Assembly: GCF_001194135.2 (NCBI RefSeq)
Contig: NC_068981.1
Location: 16,303,625-16,338,637, forward strand
Reading direction: 5' to 3'
Source: Octopus bimaculoides
Taxonomy: Eukaryota
Length of the DNA: 35,013 nucleotides
Shown: in pieces, positions 1 to 9,479 of the stretch
Numbering within the stretch: the first letter of the stretch is position 1
Layout of the letters: each line of letters starts with the position of its first letter
Program-made: the position numbers and the translations under genes
Notes under the pieces: model-generated
Database searches by the model: none
The model's input: only the letters and a program-made list of their open reading frames with translations
Told to the model about the DNA's origin: nothing

Positions 1-925
1 GTCAGATGCGATGCCACTTCTAATTGCCTCTTCTAGTTTCTTAACTAGCTCACCCTCTATTCTGTTTCTGCCTATGGCTAGTGCTTTGCTATACCTAACC
101 GCTTCTGCTTTTATTGCTCTCTTGAGGGCAAACCACCATTTGTTATTGATGATGGCTCCCGTCAAAGCCCTCTTTACTAACGTGCTAATCCGGTCTCTGA
201 AAACTTGTCTCGACGGGGAAGACGCGTTTAGTTTCCAGTAACCGGGGCCCTGCCTATGTGTCTTATCTAAGTCTAGCGTACACGTCACAAGTTTCTGATC
301 CGTGTAGCTGATTATGTAAAATTGTGGACACCCTATGCTATCTCTATCTACACTCCTACACAGTACTCTATCTAGATATGATCTAGATGCGGTTTGTCCA
401 TGTCCACATTGGCGCATTCGGATGGTCGAGTCGGTACCTGTCAGATAGTTGAAAGCGTCTGAGCAGGTCTTTGAGGCATTTGCATCCCCGTCTATTCCTA
501 TCTCTGCCCATATAGTCTAGATGCGTGTCCAAGGTTGCATTCTAATCCCCCACTAAAAGTAAAGGACGAGACGTTCCTAGGAATACTTCTAGACGTCGAA
601 AGAAATCCGGCCTACCTGTTAAAGGTGGTGCGTATACTGATATGAGTCGAAAGGCATACCCTTCGCTGCCATCGACATCCAGAACAACCAATCTACCCTC
701 CGGGTCTATGAATACTGTCTTTACTTCGAGATCCAGACTCTTGCGAAAGAGTACCGCCGTGCCACTACCGCCCATTCTCGGCAGACAGGGAGAAAAATAA
801 ATGTTAAACTGTCTGCCAAACATGGACGTTAGGGCCCGCGGATCATGGAGTCTGGTCTCGCTTATGGCTATGATTTCTAGTTTGTGTGACTTTATGTCGT
901 TTAGGAGGTACCCTTATTTCCAAGG
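1..925 (-). mobile_element. L1/Tx1-clade non-LTR retrotransposon ORF2 5' part (APE endonuclease plus linker), pseudogenised and 5'-truncated; continues off the left edge
   Basis: Manual minus-strand translation: WK*GYLLNDIKSHKLEIIAISETRLH...GGSGTAVLF...GRLVVLDV...RLISVYAP...LLLVGD*NATLD...MWTWTN / frameshift near 390 / SRSYLDRVL...YTDQKLV...GPGYWKLNAS...WWFALK. The ISET, VYAP, GD(W)N, LDR and SDH-like motifs are APE motifs; GxGYWKLN is typical of L1/Tx1. Stops at 914-916 and 542-544. Confidence 0.9.
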
Positions 926-962
<37 letters not shown>

Positions 963-982
963 TGATTGATAGATAGATAGAT
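926..982. repeat. (GATA)n microsatellite abutting the truncated 5' end of the L1/Tx1 fragment
   Basis: TAGA repeats begin immediately after ...TTTCCAAGG at 925. Confidence 0.97.
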
Positions 983-1129
983 GTGATAAAAAGAAAATTT
1001 GTTGGAAGAAAGAAGGGAAAGAATTACTGCTGAGTGAGTTTACAGGCTTTAGTTTCTTTGAAAATACAAATCATAGTATAGTTACGTGCGTGAGGGACTG
1101 TATTCTATTTATTTGTGACAGATGTATAC

Positions 1130-1172
1130 ATGTATATGCATATACATACATACATGCATACACACACACACC

Positions 1173-1240
<68 letters not shown>

Positions 1241-1290
1241 CATACATACACACAAACATATATATGGTGGTGGTGGTGGTGGTGGTGGTG
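1130..1290. repeat. Compound (CA)/(TA)n and (TGG)n microsatellite
   Basis: Directly visible. Confidence 0.95.
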
Positions 1291-1678
1291 ACAAACATAT
1301 ACACAAAAACACACAAAACGGATTGGTAGAATGAGGGGTCAAATCCATATTACAGTTTAGGAAAGGGTCTGTTCCTTTCTATATCAATATAACAATATCC
1401 TATTTCTTGGATCAGAGTTGAGAGGAATCCAGTATTATCTAATTTGTGGTGAAAGCATTGATTAATGGAAAACTGTCAGGCGTAGGGATGAAACTAGAGG
1501 GAACATACTAAGCAATCATAGGAAAGCGTCAAATCGGAATTGAGAAAGTTGCATTTTTATTGTTTATTTATGATTCGATCCTGATATTTTCGAATGTATG
1601 ATTCGAAACTAATCATACCACATGCTAATTACATACAAAGATATCGGAAACAAATATGAGTGCTGTGTGTGTTTGTGT

Positions 1679-1770
1679 GTGAAGGTGCTTTATGACCGAG
1701 GAGTTAAAGAGGTTCGGTTGTCAATCACGTGGTACGGGCTCCTTAATGAGCTGATCTTAGGCGCATATCC
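1679..1770 (+). mobile_element. Possible very old tRNA-like SINE head
   Basis: GTGAAGGTGC...GAGGAGTTAAAG...TCAATCACGTGG loosely resembles the tRNA-like heads at about 23845 and 11440; promoter boxes are degenerate. Confidence 0.2.
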
Positions 1771-1904
1771 AGGTTTAGAAACCCAGGAGACAGATTTAAA
1801 AGGCACAGTCCTTGCCACACCTAATGTGCTGATTCTGCTGGGAATTATGTTAAAGTGATATGTAGCAATGTGATGCTCAGCCAATCGCATACTAATTTAG
1901 TGAG

Positions 1905-2053
1905 CATGTATAAACACACACATACACAGAGACACACAGACTCACACACAAGTACGTTCAATATATGTATATATATAAAAAGTTCATATACCTGCATACA
2001 CATACAAACACATGTGTGTGTATGTGTGTGTGTGTGTATGTGTGTGTGTGTGT
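1905..2053. repeat. (CA)n/(TG)n microsatellites
   Basis: Directly visible. Confidence 0.9.
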
Positions 2054-2916
2054 AGTAAACTGCAAGAATTTATAATATTACGAGAATAAAAGTATATACC
2101 AAATGCTGACTATATTAAAAATTCTAGTAAATGCATGTAGTTACATAATTTTTCTATTTATGGTCCGTTTGTACATATGTGATTGTAAGTTCGTGTACGG
2201 GTATGTGTGTCTGTGTTTCTGTGTGTGTTTCAAATGATACGGCCAATTACTTCATAGTTCAACAATTTTGTATTTTCTAAAATCTAAATAAGAAAATCGA
2301 TAGGAATGAATAATAAAAACATTCGCAATAAATGTCATAAAAGAGAACAGGAATCAGTGTAAAACTAACAGGAAATGTTCATTGGGCTTTTGTTGTGTTC
2401 TTGGGGCATAGGAAATAGAAATCATGTAGCGGATATATTCTCAACGTGGGTTGTGCATATTAATACTCTGACTAACATTCATATATATATATATATATAT
2501 ACGTGCCTATACGTACGCTTATATGTGTATGTATGTATCCGCGTGTACCGAGAGGTAACAGGTTATGGCGAATATATTCATCAATAATGTAACCGGAGAT
2601 TAGTATTCAATAGTCTAGTTTGAATAGTGAAATTTTCAATTTAACTTCACTGCCTATAAAGTGCCGTGCTTCTCACAAAACGTACTGTAGGCACAACCTA
2701 TTGTGTGTGTGAGTGTGTTTATGAGTGTGTTTCTGTCTCTGTGTGTGTGTGTATACGTGTTAGGTGAATAACTTGCCAAGTTGGTGTGATTTAATCGTGA
2801 CTGATAATTAAAAAGGCACATATCTTAATAATTCTTCTGCATAATTTAATATAAGTTGATACATGCCTATAACAAACACAGATTTTTCAACCTGTGTTTT
2901 ATGTGTATACATGATT

Positions 2917-2966
2917 TTGTGTGTGTGTATGTATGTGTGTGTGTGTGTGTGTATGTGTGTGTGTGC
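2917..2966. repeat. (TG)n microsatellite
   Basis: Directly visible. Confidence 0.95.
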
Positions 2967-3063
2967 GTTTTATATATAAACATATAAAAGAATTTGTAGT
3001 GTTCAAAGCAATTTTGGCCAGATATCAATTTAGATATACATTGTATAATATATCGTTTCAAAG

Positions 3064-3645
3064 AGGCGGTGAGCTGGCAGAAAGGATTAAACAAGTACCA
3101 GTTACGTACTGAGGTCGATATAATTGATTTAATCCGTTTGTCTCTCCTTGTTTGTCCCCTCTGTGTGTAGCCCCTTGTGGGCAGTAAAGAAATAAGAAAC
3201 GTTAGTGCACCAAGGCGGCGAGATAGCAGAAACGTTAGCGCACCGTGCGAAATGCTTAGCGGTATTTCGTCTGCGGTTACGTTCTGAGTTCAAATTCTGC
3301 GATCGACATTGCCTTTCATCCTTTCGGGGTCGATAAATTAAGCAACAGTTACGAACTGGGGTCGATGTAATCGACTTAATCCCTTTGTCTGTCCTTGTTT
3401 GTCCCCTCTATCTTTAGCCCTTTGTGGGCAATAAAGAAATAAGAAACGTTAGCACGCCGGGCGAAATGCTTAGCGGTATTTCGTCTGTCTTTACGTTCTG
3501 AGTTCAAATTCTGCCGAGGTCGACTTTGCCTTTCATCCTTTCGGGGTTGATAAATTAAGTACCAGTTGCGTAGTGGGGTTGTTCTAGTCGACTGGCTCCC
3601 TCCCCTAAAATTTCGGACCTTGTGCCTAGAGTAGAAAAGAATAAT
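3064..3645 (+). mobile_element. Nested/tandem array of tRNA-derived SINE-A: head + truncated body + AATAAA tail; full head + body + AATAAA tail; body + ordinary tail
   Basis: Heads AGGCGG(T/C)GAG..GCAGAA at 3064 and 3212. B-box-like GAGTTCAAATT at about 3287 and 3500. Body motif CCTTTCATCCTTTCGGGGT(C/T)GATAAATTAAG. 63-bp tail at 3132-3194 and 3379-3441, each followed by AGAAACGTTAG. Terminal tail ...GTGCCTAGAGTAGAAAAGAATAAT ends at 3645. Confidence 0.9.
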
Positions 3646-3857
3646 GGTTTCAAATTTTGTCACAAGGCCAGCAGTTTTCAGGAGGAGTAAATCGATTACA
3701 CAGACCTCAGTGTTTGACTGGTACATACTTTATCGAATCCGAAATTATAAAACGCAAAGTGGAACTCGACGGAATTTGGACTCAAAACGTAAAGACGGAC
3801 GAAATGCCGCTAAGCATTTTGTCCGGCGCGGCAACGATTCTGCCAGCTCGTCACCTT
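3643..3857 (-). mobile_element. SINE-A, full length, tail-to-tail with the preceding array
   Basis: Reverse complement reads AAGGTGACGAGCTGGCAGAATCGTTG...AAAATGCTTAGCGGCATTTCGTCCGTCTTTACGTTTTGAGTCCAAATT...GGCCTTGTGACAAAATTTGAAACCATTATT. Confidence 0.9.
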
Positions 3858-5091
3858 ATGCAGGATAAAATATCCTAATCGCAGTTATTAGGTAGCAATG
3901 ATGCAAGATCTTGCTGCCCGTGTAGCGGCACAAAGAAAAACAGACACCATGTATTTAATACTCCACTGCAGAAGACAGAGCTGTGACGAATTTCCATAAG
4001 TAATCTTTGTGAGTGGTTAATCGGGAACATGTTTTGTTGGCGGTCAATAAATTTTGAGAAAGTCTGGGTCATTTTACTTCTTGTAGAATAATAATTTTAA
4101 TATAGTTCATTGATTAAGAAGCGGTGGTAAGATGGGCATGTTTTCTTTATTCGACTTTTATATCAGATACCTCAATGAAAATCAACAGCCCTTGAGAGTA
4201 GAGTAGGCCGACGTACTTGAGAGTCAGCTTTTAGCATTTCTTTTGTAAATCTATTGAATTTTAAGGTCCAATTAAGAAATGGAAAATATTACATTCACGT
4301 GTTATTCATTTCCAAGACAATTAGGAACAAAAATAAAGTGAAGGGGCTATACAAGGGAGCAGCCAAGGTCCCTTGAGCTCGTGAATCTAACTCAAACCGA
4401 CAGTGTTCATGTTATTGTTTTATATATATGAGACCGTTTAGATTAAACCATGTATTAAACAAATCTTGTTTCAACATCGTATAGTACAAAGAAAGGGAAA
4501 ATAAATTAACACTGAGTCTTACGTTTCTAATAAATGAAGAACAACCGGAAGTTAAACATGACCAGCAAGGTGATATTGATGCAGTTATGGAGAAGCAACA
4601 ATTTCCGATATCATTCTGTATGTAATCGAACTTTCTCAAAGAGCCACTGTTCAATTAATGAATATTTACTGTTATTGGGCGATCTCCAAAATTTCCAAAA
4701 GAAATCGGTAGTTTTGCTTGTATAACTTGTCTCTAGCTGTGAGGACACCGGATTGTAGATGGACTCATGAATTTGTTAGTCGTTAATTACACTGACAACT
4801 AATTAGAATTTACATCACATCGTAGAGAGGGAAGGGCCTTCGTTTCGAAAGCAGTTCATGCCATTTTTTTCCCTTCCCGTTTCTTATTGTGACTGTGTAT
4901 GTTAATGACTTGGCAGGAAAATGGAGCTGCTTTTCTTAATTCTTTATAATAGTTAGATTTTTCTTTCTATGTACGAGTTCAAACTTCATTGCGAAGACAA
5001 TTTTTTCCTTTCAACACTTGAATACACGAGAATAAATAAAATATGTACCAGTAATTGTCTGGTAATGATTATATAAATTGTACATACATAT

Positions 5092-5269
5092 AGGCGCATG
5101 AGTGGCTGTGAGGTAAGTAGCTTGCTTACCAACCACATGGCTCTGCGTTCAGTCCCACTGCGTGGCACCTTGGGCAAGTGTCTTCTACTATAGCCTCGGG
5201 TCGACCAAAGCCTTGTGAGTGGATTTGGTAGACGGAAAATGAAAGAAGCCTGTCGTATATATATATATA

Positions 5270-5307
<38 letters not shown>

Positions 5308-5770
5308 GGTTTTTAAACTTTTAAATTTTCATATTCAAAAGAGACAGAGACTTCAAATTCGATATATCTTATGCTATATTGGTAACGGTTGCTACATCCT
5401 CTGGGAAAATTATTACTATNNNNNNNNNNNNNNNNNNNNNNNNNNNNNNNNNNNNNNNNNNNNNNNNNNNNNNNNNNNNNNNNNNNNNNNNNNNNNNNNN
5501 NNNNNNNNNNNNNNNNNNNNNNNNNNNNNNNNNNNNNNNNNNNNNNNNNNNNNNNNTGTGTGTGTGAGTGTGTTTGTCCCCACAACATCGCTTGACAACT
5601 GATGTTGGTGTGTTTACGTCCCCGTAACTTAGCGGTTCGGCAAAAGGAAGCCGATAGAATAAGTACTAGGCTTACAAAGAATAAGTCCTGGGGTCGATTT
5701 GCTCGACTAAAAGCAGTGCTTCAGCATGGCCGCAGTCAAATGACTGAAACAAGTAAAAGAGTAAAAGAGA
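5092..5770 (+). mobile_element. SINE-B (tRNA head, CORE-like segment, internal microsatellite, CR1-like tail), interrupted by extra sequence and an N gap
   Basis: A-box-like TGGCTGTGAGG, B-box-like GTTCAGTCCC, CCTTGGGCAAGTGTCTT (resembles the MIR/CORE motif CTTGGGCAAGT), (TA)n from about 5256, then the 3' half at 5557-5770 ending CAGCATGGCCGCAGTCAAATGACTGAAAC and (GTAAAAGA) repeats. That both halves are one copy is inferred from the copy at 23325. Confidence 0.8.
5420..5556. other. Assembly gap (N run)
   Basis: N characters. Confidence 1.
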
Positions 5771-6219
5771 GAGTATATTATCTCTGCAGATATTGGTATT
5801 GCTTCTAGAGAAATGTCACAAAGACATGCACAACCGAGGTATAGTGAATTCTAGTCGAAGCAACTTCGCACTTTCTCATCCCGATTAAACTGCTTTATGA
5901 AACACCCAGAACTGTAGGCCTTCTGTAACACAAGAAACTCACAGTTCTCAAATAAACTAAAATTTAATAACTTCAGTGTTTATCCAAATCCAATATACGG
6001 ATAGCTTGATGAGGAACGTAGAAACTATGCAAACTCAAAGTAAAGCAATTATACACCAAATATATTACCGTGTAAGTTAAACTTCATTTAATCCTTTAAT
6101 AAAGTTTCAGTAAAACGATTTCTACACCCGCACGTATAGATATATGTATGATTAAGGAATCTGTATTTCTAGCATTGTCCAGTTAATAGATTTATCAACA
6201 TATAAAACTGATTTATCAC

Positions 6220-6470
6220 TTTATAGCTGCGGTGGAATCCTTCATCAATCATACAGATCTGTTGAAGTTGCCAACAAGAAGAGACAACAGGGATATCTAA
6301 GTGAATTTATAAATTGAATAGTAATATCCATCAAATTCCACTGAATGTAGAGAGTGATGTGGTGGATTCACCTGAAATGTTTGAAGGCGAGCATTTTCCG
6401 TTCCCTTCTGGCCAAACTCTCAACACCTTATTTCAGTATTTCTTGAGGAGAAGAGGAATGTAGTGGAGAT
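6220..6470 (-). pseudogene. Possible highly decayed LINE endonuclease remnant
   Basis: One minus frame gives NPPHHSLHSVEFDGYY...SLLVGNFNRSV, reminiscent of YRPP...(L)GDFN; many stops. Confidence 0.2.
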
Positions 6471-6804
6471 GCTGATAAGACAGTAATCGCTTGATTTCGT
6501 TCCTGAGGTTTAATTTATGGATTAAATAGTAACGTTTGGAAACTATGTCCAGGCATGCTTATTTATATATGACTTAATCTCATCGGTTTCTTTTGTCTGT
6601 TTGTTTGTTTTTTGCGTATATTATATTGGTTTGTTGTGTTATTGTAACGATAATGATGGTCGGTCTCATATAACTATTTAATCCTGCAATTAAAGTTGCC
6701 TGGCCCTGAGATGGTGCGTTGTTTATAGTGTTTTTGTTATTGTCGTTGCTGATGTTGGTGGTGATAGATAGACAGACAGACAGGCAGGAATACAGAGAGA
6801 GAGA

Positions 6805-6824
6805 GAAAAATACAGACAGGTAGT

Positions 6825-6887
<63 letters not shown>

Positions 6888-6888
6888 C
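6805..6888. repeat. (GACA)/(GA)/(GATA)n microsatellite
   Basis: Directly visible. Confidence 0.95.
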
Positions 6889-7508
6889 CATGTGATGGAC
6901 AATTTTGAATTATAGTAGCAGAGATATTTTAAAATAAAGAGGTTTCCTCTTTCTACAATATTACGCCAAAGTATATATAATGCACATATGTATCATGATG
7001 GGTATATACAAATACATGCATACACACATTTTCACTTCTCTATGGCAATGCTAGGGTTTATAGTTATCTGCTATATACTCGGTGCTGCTGTCACTAACAA
7101 AACATCACATGTTTTCGTCATCCACTGCGCAACCGTTCACCCATTTGTTCTTCAGAATGTCTTCCAGAATTTAAGAATGTTTTGCCCCCAAATGGATTGA
7201 TTATACGTAGCATATGGAATTATGTAGCTACTCTTTTTTTCTCCATGGTTAAAAATCACATTATAACCAAGCATGCTTGTAAATATCGTACAGTCCCGAT
7301 GGTAACCGATATAAATCCTAAAGTTTATTTTCTATTCTTCAGATGCAGAAATTACTTCACTCAACTATGCATGTCATCGTTCGATGGTATTTTCTTTTTT
7401 TAACGAAATTCTTGTAAAAGAAAAAAATGCTTGAATGATTTTGTTTGTGTGTATTCCTGTATTGTGTATGATAACATTCATATATTTATTTACTAATTTG
7501 TACATGCC

Positions 7509-7650
7509 CAAATTCTGCCGAGGTCGACTTCCCCCTTCCATTCTTTCGCGGTCGATAAAATAAATACCAGTTGAGTTCAGGGGTCGATGTAATCAACTAG
7601 CCTCCTCTTCTGAGCTTGTTGACTTCGTAACAAAATGTGAAACCAATACT
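7509..7650 (+). mobile_element. SINE-A, 5'-truncated
   Basis: CAAATTCTGCCGAGGTCGACTT...GGTCGATAAAATAAATACCAG...GGGGTCGATGTAATC...AAAATGTGAAACCAATACT. Confidence 0.85.
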
Positions 7651-8040
7651 TAATAGTCAGAATATGAAAACAGATAAATTTAGACACATTTCACTTGATT
7701 AATTTGTAATACAATAAACAGAAACGTTACATCATTCGAAATGGAACCGCTTTTACCAACATTATCGTGTTTCAGCATGTAAGATGTGGCCATGCTGTAA
7801 CACCACTGTTATAAAATATAACTTTACACAATATTTTCATCAAATTGAGAAAAAGTTAACAAAGCTGATACACAAGATTATTTTTCCCCACGAAGCAAAG
7901 ATGGTTATTTGTCCTCTAATTAGGGATTATCAAAACCAGAAACTGTTCGGATTGATTCTTTATTATTTTTACTTTATTTTGTATTATTTTGCTTTTGCTG
8001 TCTACGGAGAGATGAAGCGTGTGGTGAAAACGCTGCAATT

Positions 8041-8082
<42 letters not shown>

Positions 8083-8234
8083 GAAGAGAAGATTACATCT
8101 TTATCAACATCACTTATTCCTTTGGAAGAAAAAACCATTTGTAATCTTCGAAACATATGTCGGAAATAAACGAATTCATTTAACATATGCGTATTACTCC
8201 ATTTATTAAATTTTATATCTACATATATATATTT

Positions 8235-8551
8235 GACTTGAATTGAACCGATTTCAGCTCATGAGTCCTCGCCATGCTGGGGCACTGCCATTTACCATTG
8301 CTACATAACGTTTCCTTCATTTTGGAACTTGACATTTGGTGCATCAGGGAGTTTAAGGCCGCTGCCTTCATTTGCACTTTTTGTTGTGAAGTTGGTTCAT
8401 CTGGGACTCTTGAGGTTAAGAGATCAAGTTTCGTCTTGAGGGAGGGTGCTAAAGAACTGTGATCCTTTAAATTCCAGGTTGTTGCAATATCTTGTCCAAA
8501 TTTTATGGCAAATTTGGAACCATTGGCACTATGCAATGGCGCGTTGTTTTA

Positions 8552-8552
<1 letters not shown>
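8235..8552 (-). mobile_element. CR1-type LINE 3' fragment; diverged copy of 18464-18810 with an internal deletion, flanked by (TA)n
   Basis: Peptide KTKLDLLTSRVPDEPTSQQKVQMKAAALNSLMHQ matches KSKLDLFLSRVPDEPTSRQEVQMRVAESNSILHQ of the larger CR1; shares the CAGCATGGC...CTGAAA 3' end. Confidence 0.85.

Positions 8553-8638
<86 letters not shown>
8553..8638. repeat. (TA)n(GA)n microsatellite
   Basis: Directly visible. Confidence 0.97.
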
Positions 8639-8641
<3 letters not shown>

Positions 8642-9012
8642 TCTTATAGATACAAAGTGCTAAGATATTCTACATAAATATGTCGTATAACTGCATCACG
8701 ATTATTCTGGTACAAATTTATTTTTATATTTTCAACATCTTATGAACGTATCAACACAACGATACTACAAATAAACTCCATAGGTCTGTTATGATCAAAG
8801 AATGTTTATACCACTCTGGGCTGCTTATATATTTAAATATATTGAAATCTAACACAAATACATACATGTAACAATATTTATATTTCATGTGTTTTATTTT
8901 TCTGTTTTCCTTTGAATTATTTTTTTAAATAAAAATTATTTAGATTAGTTATTTTCCTTCTATTGAGACAGATTGATAATTTTATAAGCTTTTACTTTTT
9001 TCATTAGTCGCT

Positions 9013-9250
9013 CTTCTTTTTCTTCTTCTTTTTCTTCTTCTTCTTCTTCTTCTTCTTCTTCTTCTTCTTCTTCTTCTTCTCCTCCTTCCTCTTCTTCTCT
9101 TTCTTCTTCTCCGCCTTCATTTCACCTTCTTATTTTCTCTTCTTTCTCATCCTCCTCTTTTTTTTCTTCTTCATCGCTATCATCATCATCATCATCATCA
9201 TCACCATCATCTTCTTCTACTTCCTCTTCTTCTTCTTCTTCTTCTTCTTC

Positions 9251-9288
<38 letters not shown>

Positions 9289-9470
9289 TTCACTGTCTCC
9301 TTTCACCTCCTACTTCTTATTTTTCTCTTCTTTGTTTCTGTCCTTGCTATCATCAGCATCATCATCATCATCATCATCATTATCATCCTTTTCTCTTCCT
9401 CTTCCTCCACTGAACCCCCTTCTCCTCCTCCTCGTCCTCATCGTCGTCATCCTCATTATTATCGCACTCA
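9013..9470. repeat. Compound trinucleotide tract (CTT)n/(CAT)n/(TTA)n/(CCT)n
   Basis: Directly visible; near-pure (TTA)n at about 9251-9287. Confidence 0.95.
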
Positions 9471-9479
9471 AACTATTGC

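Noticed and set aside
11-241. 76-aa plus-strand hydrophobic ORF
   Set aside because: Antisense shadow of the L1/Tx1 ORF2.
3212-3300. tRNA gene
   Set aside because: Only A/B-box-like SINE heads; no complete cloverleaf could be built here or at 5092, 11440 or 23845.
3064-3645. Repeat-spacer-like periodicity suggesting CRISPR
   Set aside because: Units are about 230-bp SINE copies without unique spacers; eukaryotic context, no cas genes.
4485-4617. Possible exon YKERENKLTLSL...QFPISF with a GTATGT donor
   Set aside because: Poor pyrimidine tract, no recognisable homology; compatible with chance.
5790-5838. Possible 49-nt exon (IGIASREMSQRHAQP)
   Set aside because: Weak GTATAG donor, lies right behind a SINE tail, no supporting homology.
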